From: Microthyrium microscopicum
Taxonomy: Eukaryota
Direction of reading: 5' to 3'
Assembly: GCA_010405405.1 (NCBI GenBank)
Contig: MU004239.1
Span: 1,442,722 to 1,506,721, forward strand
Length of the DNA: 64,000 nucleotides
Positions 38,492-50,286 of the stretch are shown here, piece after piece; within the stretch, counting starts at the first letter, position 1; each line of letters starts with the position of its first letter. The notes below the pieces were generated by a model that was not told the origin of the DNA, searched no databases, and saw only the letters and a list, made by a program, of their open reading frames with translations. The translations under genes and the position numbers were made by a program.

Positions 38492-41400
38492 CTATCTAGC
38501 GAAACCACGCCCGCGGCCCGATGGCTTGCGGACTCGATCCGCCATGGTGGAGGCTCCTCGAACGCTAGTACCCGAACCTCTAGTTGGCGCATTAGAAAAA
38601 GACCATGTTGGAGAGGGCAGTGTTGCATTGTTGGAATTGTCAGATGTAGTTACCTCTGAAATAGATGTCGCTGGACTCGTTGAAGGTTGAGCTGAATTTG
38701 TCTCGCTCGCTGTTTTGGTTGCGGTGTGAGTCTTCTTTCCGAAGCGGCTTTTCTTCGAAGTAAGCGTGAAACCTTCGACTCTAGTGGATGCGGACTCTGC
38801 TGGAAGATTCCCGCTAGATATTTTAGGAGAATCACTGGGGCGTTGGAAAATACTGGATCCTCCTAGTGGTTGAGAGTATGCGTGGGCCAGCTGTGTAGAA
38901 TCGTCTGTTTGTTGAGAAGGGGGAAATACTTGCTGCGGAGGATGAGTTGCTCGCTGAGTAGTAGAAATAGCATGGTGATCTTGGATGGGGAACTCTGGCG
39001 AGGCTTCCGTGCTTTGGCGAATATTAAGTCCTCGTGGCTGGGAAGAGACCTCGATGACCGGTCGATTATTGTTTGCTTGCTGAGGAGGTTGAACCACTTG
39101 CTGCGAAGTCTGGATTGCTCGCCGAGCAGACGAAACGGTCGTTTGATCTCCATTAGGCACATTTGGAGAAGCTTCAGCGCGATGGCGAACATTTGCTGGC
39201 TGAGAAGCGTGACCAATTTGCTGTGGAGCGTAGGCTGCTTGCGGAGTCGAAGGATTGCCCACACGTTGAGGTTGATCATTAGAAGGTCGTTGATTGAAAG
39301 CTTCAGTCAATCGCTGATCCAGAGTACCAAGATCGTGGGATCCTCCAGAATTGGTTGATTGACCAACTGTGATACGATTTTCTTTTAACGGACCGCGATC
39401 TGATGGTAGCTGTGCATGGCTCTCTGTACGACTCTCCGGACGTGAAACAGGATAACGCTCAGGATTCTGCTCTGGACGGCCAATAGGGGTCCTGTTAACT
39501 CCAGTAACCGGGTTACGTCTTGCGTCACGAGGCCCTCTACGGGGAGTACGCTTAAACTCCCGATCTGGTATGAGTTAGCTTAGGCCTCTCTCATGATAGG
39601 TACTTTGAAAGACATTGGCTATCAAGATAGACAAAATAATTGGTGTGCTCCATCGACTTCGATGCCTCCCACATGGGACGCTCTAGTATTGAGTGCGTTT
39701 GGTCCCATAAAGGGCGTTTAGATCGGCCAAATTCATCAAATGTAATGGCAAATATAGCACCTTCTGTTTAGTAGCGTTCGTGGGAGCCATCGAAGTGGAT
39801 GAGAGCGCGCCATCATTTTCACTATCGGTTTTGTGACTATCACCAAAGCTATGCTCTGATATTGTGAAGTTCCTAAGACACTGACGTTGCCAGCCCTCGG
39901 CAAAAAGGACATTGTACGGGGTTTACTTACTAGCTCTATAATTAGGGGGAGGCTCTATCTCCTCAAAAGAAGGCGAACGGGCGGGTTGCGGCGGTCCACG
40001 ACCACCCGAGAACGACGAGCGTGGCATATTTGGAGCTTGAGGTCGGTCATAGGCACGACGGTATGAAGCTTCTACTGGTCTACGAGAACCAGAACCAGTG
40101 CGGTTGGCGGAAAACGTATTGTCGCGCGGTCCTACCACTTCCGCATCTGAACGGGCTAGTTCGAGAGCTTCATACAGGGAAAGTGAACGCTCTGAGCCAT
40201 TCGAGTTCTGGGCACGACCTGAGTCATTACAACCGTTTGAAAGTCTCTCCTCTACTCGTGTATGGTCCATTTGAACTGATCGAGGTGCTCCGTGGTTACT
40301 ATCGCGATTATACTGACGATCATCGCGATGATGCAAGCCATGAGCGCTGGAGACATTGGATCGTTGAGAAGCTCCGGAAGGAACCTGAACGTCGTCAATT
40401 ATGCGAAATCTGACCACCGCAGAATTGGTTGACAGGACGCAGTGTAACTCATTTCCCTTGACTTCACTCCACTTCGCACGACGTTGGTAATCCGCAACCT
40501 GCGATCTCCTTATCGACGGTACGGCCTCGGAAAGTGACTGCGGACGCGAGACATCACGGAAAACTGCTGGCGAGTACTGCTGGGTAGCTTGTACGGATGC
40601 CGTCCCTGCCTGCACCTGACCAGGAGGCAGAGAAGCCGACAGAATGTTGGCAGAAGCAACTGGTTTGGCTGGAACATATTGGCTAGAGTTGGCTATCCCA
40701 TGCTGCTGCGGTTGGGCCGAAGCTTTTCTAGAAGCAAGTTGTCCTGGAGGGAATGGCACTGTGTCCGGTGCTTTGTCTACAGCAAGCTGCTCAGAACCTT
40801 TAAGCTTTGGCTGAGGGAGTCCTTGCGAAATCGTTGCCATCATCTCATCTCGCACAACGTTCATGTAGCCTGGAGTTGGCTTGACACTATCGCCACCGGA
40901 AGAGTCAGACGAATCCTCGGCAGCCGCGATTGCTTGTCTGGAGAGTGCTTGCACAGAAGCTGAGGATGTTGATTGAGCCACAGAGGCTGTCGTTACTGGA
41001 GGTGGGGTCGTAGAAATGGGTGATGAGACTATCAACGGCAATGTATTGGGTTTTGGAGATTTGGAAATCTGGAATTTGTTAGCTTTTAGCCTCATGCAAC
41101 AATCAAATCATCCCAGGCTACTTCAGTGTAGGGTTTATGCCACCTGAATGAATCGCTTGCCAATTGATGGATGAGCCCGCATGGTGCTGCTTTGGGTCAT
41201 AATAAGTGAGCCGAATCGACGAATATTCCCATCGATTACGTTGTCGGCCATAACACTTAATAAACAGTGACTGCTTCAATTACCATCGTATCGTCTGTTG
41301 TAAGTTTTGCGTGGTTGATGGGAATTGAAGCTGCTGCTCTTTAAGAAGTGTTATGGTAGCCATCGTGGTCTATGGACCCCATCCAAACGGCTCACTTATT

Positions 41401-44400
41401 TTGTCCCTGGAGATATTGCAAAAGTAGGGGCCACTTACAATTTGAGGATGCGATGGGCCAGCGGCTACTACTGGACTGGCAACTTCATTGACTTCTGGAG
41501 TGAAATATCCAGGCAGTCTTCTCGCAGACTGAGTAAACAATGCTATCTGTTCTCGCTGCAGTGCTGCCGGATTTTGCGGGTGGAAACCGAAGACTCCATG
41601 CCTCGAGGAAGAATGTTGCATAACAACTTCAGACTGGTGTTCAGGCGGTAGTCGACCGATCAGGTATTGTTGCTGTTCAGCCCAGGTATGCTGCCCCATG
41701 AAAACCTGTCCTGATGGTTCTTGTTCCGGTGGTCGAAGGCGTGTCATCTGCGTGATCGAAAACCAATCACCGAGTTGCGCGAACTTGATCATCGCATCGA
41801 GCTTCTGCTGATGTTCAGCCGTTAATGGAGGAGGTTTCTTTTCAGCTCGCCAATCATCTGCATCGTGCAAGCTAGTAATAAGTGGCTTGAGGCGATGTAT
41901 TTCTACAAGGCCATCCAAGATGGCATCTTTTCCGTCTAGGTGCATAGCCGCTCCTTCTAGCATTGGAGCGAAAGCAGTTGGATGCTTCAGGTATCTTTGA
42001 GCAGTCACAGAGACTCGGTTCCGCCAGTGCTTTTGCTCTAGAACTTGACCCGTAAGCTGAATTTTGCGAGTGCATTGATTCAGCAGCTGCTCCTCGAAGG
42101 TTCCTTCAGTCGCAAAGCGATAGACAAACACCGGCTTCTCTTGCCCAAGGCGATAGGCTCGACCAATGGCTTGTTCTTCGACCTGCGGATCCCAGCCAAA
42201 ATCGTAGATGATTACACGATTTGCGCCGAATATATTGAGACCGGTTCCACCTGCTTTTGTAGAAATCAAAAGGACCGAGCTTGCACCACTGTTGAAATTT
42301 TCGATCAGCTGGGGCCGGGCTTGAGCTGCGACGTTGCCATTGATCTTTTCATGCTTTATGTTTCGTTCTCGAAGTACAGCGGAGAGATATTCGATAGTTT
42401 CTAGACTCTGTGTAAAGCATAGCGTTTTGTCCCCCTGGGCCTGGAGGTGGTCAGTGTAAGATTACAATCAGAGCTAACACGCCCAAAAGACCCTTCGGTC
42501 TTTTCGCGATAAACAAGTAAAACACTTCTTGCATTGAATGGCGCCCATAGCACTCGAATAGTGAAAGCCTTCTATGGGAACCATCAAATGTGATGGGAGA
42601 TGTGAGGTTTCTTGGTTGTGTTGAATTCCCGAGGAACACAACAGCCATTGTCTTTCAGGGTCAATACATAAACCGCCGCACCTCCCATCACATCCAATGG
42701 CATCAATAGTACTCGACTGACGAACACATCTTATGGTAGCCATCGAGTACGATGAGATATGCAATGCTGGTATTGAGTTGTATGTCGTCAAGAAATGTAA
42801 TTTAGCAAGGGAGAATCTTACCATAGAGTGGTTGACAATGTGTAGGAAACACATTGTCTTGTTGGAGTGAATAACATCGCGCTGTGCAGCTTTTTCAATC
42901 AGGTCGTTGACTTCAGAATCTTCGAGGCCAGGGAACTGTTAGAGTGTATTAGTTTGAAGTCAGCCACCAATGCAACAAGTCATAACTCACACTAGGCCGT
43001 TCTGCAGGCTTCTTGCCCTCCCGAAGAATCATATGAGAACTGAATATAGCTGGGTGATTGAGAATCCAGGTAAGGACTGGACCATGAGTTAATACATCGC
43101 CAATCTGTAGCAGCTTTCGGGCCTTAATGGTTTCGAGAAGATCAAGGTATGCGGAATAGACCTCGACCTGAAGTTGCGTTAACTGGATGTTGATTATGAA
43201 TTCCTGTTTTGGAGGTAAGTGTCCCTTAGAAAATGTTAGCTCAGAGTGCCATCAAGTTGAAAATTTCCCATCAGGTACTATGGCAGCATGGCCATCATTT
43301 CTCGGGTTCGAGATAATCTTGCAAACGGAATGAGAACATGATGTCAATGTCGTCAGAGAGTTGATAGGGATGTATTCACGCGAGGAAGTCTTACCTTGAG
43401 TACCGAGGCGTCCTTTCGATGAACCTTTGGTTTGAGCACTTGCTCCAGCGCTTCCAAAGTCAATCTAGCTTCGGTTTCTTCGTATTCGGCGCAGTCGGGA
43501 TTGCTTCCAAGTAAGATGGGTGTTTCAAAGATGGTCTTGAATTCCCGTAAGTTTCCAAGGTAACCTGGAGAAACAAGATCGATCATCGAAAAGTACTCTA
43601 GGAGGTGATTAGAGAGTGGAGTGCCAGTAAGTGCCACTCTTCGCTTGGTTTCGATTTTGCATACGGCTGTGCGAGCCTGCGTGGTGGTCTTTTTCACAGT
43701 ATGAGCTTCGTCGAAGATGACCAGATTGCTCTTGGTCAACAGAAACTGTCGCGTCAGTTGCGTCGCAGGGACCAATACATCATCGAGTGTATCGTCTTCA
43801 AGGTCGGGTGTAGTGCTATTGACCATCGGGACTGAGTTGTTTAACATGCCTTGAGATGGACTTTTGGTCAAGTTGGTGAACATGGTGTATCCAATGATCA
43901 GAACACCACCGTTGGTGCCCCAGTCTTCAATGAAGTGGTCTCGGTATTGGTCTCCAGCTTCAATGCAGTAGATTCTACCCAAGATTTGGGTAGACCGCTT
44001 GGGGAGCCATTTCACGAATTCAGCGTCCCAGTTGCGTATCAAGCTTGGCGGACATACTACCAACGTACGGGACTGTTGAAGCGCTGCCGGGATTTGATCA
44101 CGAATTCCTGGATCTCGGGATCGTATAGCCTCTTGTATTGTAACGAGGAGGGTGATAGCCTGCATGGTCTTCCCAAGGCCCATAGTGTGCGACAAAAGAC
44201 AGCCAGATGCCATAGATTCATCAGGCTGAGCGACAATCTCACGCCAGAGGAACTGCAAGCCTGATATCTGATGATCCTTGAGTTCAGCTGCAGCATGTTC
44301 ATTCACGTAAATATATTCCTGGCCATCCTCTTTTCCAGGGTTGATAACAATTGCGCTGGTCGATCTTATTTCCTGCGAATTCATCTCTGCCCGATATTCA

Positions 44401-46276
44401 GTTTCCTCCAAACGACGCAACGCTTGTGCCTGCGTCTTATTCTTTTTCATCGGTCTGGAGAGATCTTCTGTTGCCTTGCGTTTCTCTGTCTGATCTTGCT
44501 CTGAAGATGCTTCTTTGACAACCGGAAGTGAAGATCCCAAGTCGGGTATTTCTATTTCTGAGCTTTCATTGTCCGAGCTAGTCTCCGATGTTTCGCTTTC
44601 TGAATCGCTAATCGTGAGGTCGATTACCTCAATAGGTGGTTTGCTAAGAGATTTCAAGGCCAAGCTAGCAGGGTCGGGACTTGGAGAACGATCTCGCATG
44701 GTGATGTCTTCATCTTCGACGTCAGATGAGTTGATCATTGTGTATTCTGGTTCATCTGGCACTGCCATGTCTCGATCAGGAGTGTTTGATGCAGATGGCA
44801 TGGTGCTGTTATGCTTTGAGCCATGTGGAAGATCTTCAAGCTCTGTGGTCGGCTGTACGATCGCTGGCGTAAATGGCTCGGTTTCCTTCTGGGGATCAGC
44901 GTCTTCGGATTCTGCCTCTGATTCAGTATCAAGTAGCTCTCCCTCGGAGTCATCATCGCCGCCAGTGTGTTTTCGAGCGGGTTTTGGCTTCCGCTTTGGA
45001 GCTTCGACTTGAGGAGGTGGAAGTATTTGCTGAAGAATGTCTAGTTCAAAAGATAGTTTCTGGATGTCAAAAACAGTAGCCTCCAAGACACCACACTGCT
45101 GCCGTAGCTTCTTCTCATTTCTTCCAGTGGTACCGTCGATAAGATCTTCTCGAATTCTGACAAGTCTGGATTGGAGAGATTTCACTTGCTGACAACGAAT
45201 TTCGCAGGCCACATCACGCTCCAATTGACGCCGAAAACCGGTGTAGAGTTTTAGGGCGTTCGACTTCTGAATAGGTAGGCGTCGTGAGGTCCAGATGCTC
45301 TTGAGCTTCTGGATCTCGTCATCCACAATAAAAGTCGCATCAAACGGAGGCAGGGTTTCTGGCTCGATCTCTTCTTCTTCTTCTAATTCTCGCGCAAAGT
45401 TGCTGCTTGTGTCTGATGAGGCGTCCTCTTCGTACTCGGGTATATTCACGTCATGAATGATCGGGTCAACATGGTGTCGGCTGAAATTGACGGTGCTTAT
45501 TTCTCGACGTATGGTGTCCCAGCTATCGAGAAGTCTTCTATAGCCTTGACGAAGATCTATGTGCGATCTTTCTGGATTGTGTAAGGCAAATTCCTAGCAT
45601 TTATTAGTATTGTATCACCAAATCAAAAGTGACGGTTGTGAGCAACGGCATGGCAGAATAAATGGCCTACTCCCATACACGCTAATGGCTTCCACCCCCT
45701 CTATTCCTTAGCGGGTGCTTTATTGCCATTGTCTACGATTAGATGTCAAGTTTTGAACGTCTTCTATGGCAAAGAAAGCACTCGATAGCCCAGCGAAACG
45801 CATGGTAGCCATCGTAGTGGATGGGAGCGCGCCATTTATTTTGCAATGCGGTTGGTGATCTCGATTAGGAAAAGGGTTGGGATGCAGATACATACCTCAA
45901 TGGATTCGCCATCCGACGAAGCACCGTCAGAGGCATCGATCTCAGATAAGTCAGGACTTTCGAAGCCTGGCTGTCGAACAATATGCTCCGTAGAAGCGAT
46001 TGGCTGCAAAATTGCTCGACGCTGGGAAGACTTGGCAGCAACTTGGGGGGAAAACTTGGCAGCAACTTGAGTAAATAGCTTAGCATGACCAGCTACGCAC
46101 AATTGCGGATCTTTTTGACAGGCAGCAAGAAGAGTGGAGGTTATCTGGCCATCTTTAGGCAAAGTTCTTGCCGTAATTAGGCCAACAATTGCTGGTACTG
46201 CAGTGTTGGAAAGCCAGGGAAAGAGAACGCCCGAAGCCCAGTCGTTTGGGTCATGAGATATGCCGCCTTCTTCCAT
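38492..46276 (-). CDS. SNF2-family ATPase of the ATRX/Rad54-like group, probably the SAD-6/ATRX orthologue; 7 exons
   Basis: GCLLSHTMGLGKTMQ, DEAH, ALTGTPLSN, STKAGGTGLN, QAIGRAYRLGQ. Introns 45594-45895, 43225-43394, ~42937-42990, 42441-42821, 41069-41438 and 39565-39930 join the listed ORFs. Confidence 0.87.
39623..39831. mobile_element. Fold-back (MITE-like) element, full-length copy in an SNF2 intron
   Basis: Arms TGGTGTGCTC-CATCGACTTCGATGCCTCCCAC and GTGGGAGCCATCGAAGTGGATG-AGAGCGCGCCA; strongly similar to the 59636 copy. Confidence 0.8.
41194..41407. mobile_element. Fold-back (MITE-like) element in an SNF2 intron
   Basis: Perfect 13-bp stem AATAAGTGAGCCG 41201-41213/CGGCTCACTTATT 41388-41400; inner CCATAACACTT/AAGTGTTATGG; right end TTATTTTGTCC shared with the family. 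Confidence 0.78.
42525..42760. mobile_element. Compound fold-back element with four arm motifs in an SNF2 intron
   Basis: 12-bp stem ATGTGATGGGAG/CTCCCATCACAT; CCATCaaatgtGATGG, CCATCacatccAATGG and TATGGTAGCCATCgagtacGATGA motifs. Confidence 0.7.
45643..45854. mobile_element. Fold-back (MITE-like) element, full-length copy in the first SNF2 intron
   Basis: GCAGAATAAATGGC..CTCCCA..ATGGCT pairs with AGCCAT..TGGGAG..GCCATTTATTTTGC; inner CGGGTGCTTT/AAAGCACTCG; ends CAACGG..CGGTTG; 212 bp. Confidence 0.8.
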
Positions 46277-47521
46277 GATATGGCGTGCGGATACTCGAGG
46301 GTTGTGTTGTGTTGTTGAGTCGTTTCGTCAGCTTCAAATCTAAATGATGGGTTGTTATATTTCCCTAGGAATGAAGCTTATTGGAGAAGAAGTAAAAAGT
46401 CGAATAACAGAGGTAAGAGAATGTGTGTAGTTGCAGGGACTGGGAGAGGTAGAGGCACCGACTGGCAGGCAGTGTACTATGTTGCCTGGAGCAAGGAGGC
46501 CAGCAGATATATAGTACCTCAGTTGCTCCAGTCGAGGGTCCAGTGAAAGCGGAGCGAGGTCAGAAGCTGAGTTGGCTCATGTAGTGAAATAAATCAATTT
46601 AAGATACGTGAAAGTTCAGGGCTTGAGAGATGCTGATGATCAGTGTTGAGGTTGAGGATGGATAAACAGAGGTACAAGACGCGTCCAGATCCATGCGGGG
46701 AGTTTTGACGCGGTGGGAGAAGGTAACGCGGCGTGTAAACAAGCATGGAGAATAGCTTGAGGTCGTTCTTGCCAGAAGATGGTGATTTGGCCTGCGAGTT
46801 CTGGGCATCTGGCAGTCACAGATGAAGAACAGTCCATAATAGGTTAAGGCCGCCTAGACTATGAAGAAGTCGCGACTCTGGCCTCTATATGAACATGTAC
46901 AAATGCCTAGATGCTTCTTAAGACGAAGAAGCGGACTATGAATTGTAATTGTCCGCTATTCAATGTTCAAGAATCAGAGCACGAGTATTCGGGATTGATA
47001 GTATGGTTTTTGTTCAGCTGCTGCTCCATTTGCCGTACTTCTATCATTCCAAGCTCTTTTCCAATTCTGTTGTTCGGGGCAGTCGATAACCTGTCGAAGC
47101 AACAGTAGTATGGCTCCAGAGAATTGTTGTACAATAGATATTGGTCTCCTCAACAGGGATAAGACTCTCGTCTCAACGGCGGCGAAGTAGGGATGACTGC
47201 AGACTGGCGCTTGGACTTGCAGTTGCATATGGATGTGGTCGATATCAAAATGGACGCCACTAAAATCGTGGCTGCATTTTTCGGCAGGCGCTATGAATTC
47301 GGCCCGACCCAGCTCCTTCCTCCGTATGTAGGTAAATCGTTACCGACTCGGCCGTTCCTTCTTCATCCAGCAGTTGCTCCTGCTTCATTGTTTTCAGCGA
47401 GCACTTGCCATTTCCAACACTGTGTAAAATATCAAAAGACACAAACAACAACAAACCAACACCTCAATAATTCCTTCAAACGTCGAATTCAGATGTTTTC
47501 CACCTGTAATTTTTCAGAGGT

Positions 47522-47634
47522 CAGTGACCTGGCTGCCTAGACCCAGTGACCTCGTCTGCCTAGACCCAGTGACCTCGTCTGCCTAATATTTGTGCCAAGA
47601 TTTGCCAAGCCGTTGAGAAATCGACGGGTATAAA
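47522..47634 (+). promoter_or_regulatory. U2 upstream region: 3 tandem ~23-bp repeats and a TATA box
   Basis: CAGTGACCTCGTCTGCCTAGACC-type units at 47522, 47544 and 47567; TATAAA at 47629-47634. Confidence 0.6.
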
Positions 47635-47677
47635 GCCTCACTATTCATCGACTTCTTCCAAACCTTCTTCTTCTTTT

Positions 47678-47920
47678 CCAGCTTTCCTTTGCGTAAGTAT
47701 CCCTCAGTCTCTTGGTTTTTGAAGATTTTGCTAACAATTCTCCCAGCTTTTGGCTTAGATCAAGTGTAGTATCTGTTCTTACGACCTTAACCGGTGGTAT
47801 GGCTCCAAGGAGCTCATTCAACTGTTAAGCCACTTTTTACAACCAGCTTGCGCACTCCCTGGGCATGCCCATAGTCGCAGGCACCGTGTTCTCTGTCTTG
47901 CACTACTTCAGAGTGACGCA
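47678..47920 (+). ncRNA. U2: U2 snRNA gene interrupted by a 54-nt spliceosomal intron (47693-47746)
   Basis: Removing GTAAGT..GCTAAC..CAG restores TTTGC|CTTTTGGCTTAGATCAAGTGTAGTATCTGTTCTT; branch-site recognition GTAGTA 47766-47771; stems IIa, IIb, III and IV with TTGCACTAC loop. Confidence 0.93.
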
Positions 47921-48473
47921 AATCAATTTTATTTTTCATTGCAGTCTTTGCCTTGCGCAGGGATGTGAGGAAGAAATCTTCTTTTGATTACTAGGTCCTG
48001 GATAACAAGCGTGCCAGTGTCAGTGCCATAAGTGCATAACACATAAGATTGTGAGGGTGCTTTGAACCTGCGATAGGAAGCTTCTGGTGTTGTATCCAGA
48101 TGAAAGCTTTGCTGCCTATCAGATGATTGGCAACACTCTAATTTATTCCATCCTATGTGAGATGAAAATGTGTCTTCCTTATGGGGCATTTAGAAGCAGT
48201 CGAGGGTCTTGCGCATTCAATAAGCGCGATGTTGAATGCCGTAGGTTATCTCAGAGTGCCTTTTATATCGTCGACCGTGGGACCCTCTCAATTTGGTCGT
48301 AGTTATAGCAGTAGCCCCAGCGCCTTCAAAGTGACATCTAGATTCGTAAGCACGATAAAACTCCATATAAATATGAGGCTCTGGTGACGTGCTAAAGCAC
48401 CAGCATTGTTCCCTGTCATCCGCTGTATCCATTTCCGATCTCGCAAACATTTCAACCACAACTCACATCATTC

Positions 48474-50146
48474 ATGATGGCCTACGTCAAAGAGTTCGCC
48501 GATTATCCGCCCGAAATCTCTCAACAGCAACAGGACTTTGCGGTGGGGCAGCTGAAGAATTATGCGCTCAGTGTTGGCTTCACGGTTAAACCCTTCGCTG
48601 TCCAAACAGATGATGGGCCAAAACTTCCAGAGGGAGCGGTTCCTGCTCCAATAACTTTATATCCGAGTTTGTTTCCCAAGTCTTGCTTCGAGGAGGCGTT
48701 GGATATACAGCAATCGTACAATACGCTCTATGCCAATATTACGAGAGATACGGCTTGGTTAGAAGACATTGTTCCACAGTGAGTTGATTATAGACACTTC
48801 ATCTGCGCCCACTTGATTGAATATGAGATGATTCTTGAACTACACTAACACTATCCAGACTCGCAAAAATCGACGACTTTGTTGAAAACCTCTGGAACAT
48901 TCACCTCCAACTCAAAGATGGCGGCTACACGCAACCACTCACTCTCGGCCTCTTCCGTTCTGATTACATGGTCCATCTGGACAAGACACCAGGCTCAAAA
49001 CCTCAAATCCGCCAAGTAGAATTCAACACCATCGCTTCCTCCTTCGGCGGCCTGTCGACCCGCGCAGCCCAGATCCACCGCTACCTACTCACAAACAACA
49101 TCTACCCATCGACCTCATCGTCCGCTCTCTCACCAGACGCTCTCGCACCATCCGACGCTGCCGCCGGTCTAGCCCATGGCCTCGCCAACGGCCACAAAGC
49201 ATACCTCTCCCACACAAAGCCCACTATGGAGGACACATGCATTCTATTCATCGTCCAGCCATCAGAGCGCAACATCTTCGACCAACAACATATTGAAAAC
49301 GAGCTCGTCAACACCCACTCCATCCCCGTCTTCCGCAGCACCCTCGCAACCGTCCTAACCCAAACACACCTCACCGATACCTCCGTCCTAATCTACACCC
49401 ACCCCTCCACCCAGCGCAAATACGAAGTAACACTCCTCTACTACCGCGCCGGCTACGCGCCCACCGAATACACCTCACCCGCCGACTGGACCGCCCGTCT
49501 AACCCTCGAGCGTTCCCGCGCCATAAAATGCCCCACCGTCCTTCTCCAGCTCGCCGGCATGAAGAAAGTACAGCAAGTACTAGCATTGCCAGACTCACCG
49601 CATCTTCAACGTTTCTTGCCAAACGCTGATACAGAGAGGTTGAGAAATACGTTTGCGTTAATGTATCCTCTCGACTCCACGCCATCCGGCAAGGAAGGCC
49701 AAGCCATCGCCCTCAACGAAGCTACAGCGAAGGGCTACGTCCTCAAACCACAACGCGAAGGCGGCGGAAACAATATCTACCGCAGTGATATACCCGCCTT
49801 TCTGAAGGAGAGGCCGGAGAGTGAGTGGGGTGCATATGTGCTTATGCAGATGATTGAGCCGCCCGCGCAACGGAATACTATCGTACGCATGACTGCAGCG
49901 AAAGAAGGCCAGGGCGTCGTAGGTGTCGTAGAAACTGGCGGTGTAATCTGCGAGTTGGGAATCTATGGAACATGTCTCTTCAGCATGGCAGGGCAGACAG
50001 CAGGTGCTGTGCAAAGTAATGAAGTCGCTGGATATTTATTGCGGACGAAGGGTGATACAAGTAGTGAGGGTGGAGTTGCGGCGGGTTTTGGAGCGCTGGA
50101 TAGTGTTTGTTTGGTTGGGGATGATGCGCTTGGTGCTGGAAGTTAG
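48474..50146 (+). CDS. GSH2: Glutathione synthetase (eukaryotic type)
   Basis: FRSDYM, QVEFNTIASSFGGL, YYRAGY, AIKCP, KPQREGGGNN, LLRTK..EGGVAAGFG; intron ~48780-48858. Confidence 0.95.
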
Positions 50147-50286
50147 TCAAGTACTATTGAAGATTAGCAAGCAATTATATGATGATCTTGAGAATTCGCT
50201 GAACACGAGGGATTGGTTGCTTGTTATAGATTCTAGAGTGGCTAGTAAAGTGTGGGTATATTGCATATAAACACCAAAAGAAATCG

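Noticed and set aside
38492..41095. 272-aa and 390-aa ORFs as separate genes
   Set aside because: Canonical introns join them to the SNF2 ATPase as its disordered C-terminus.
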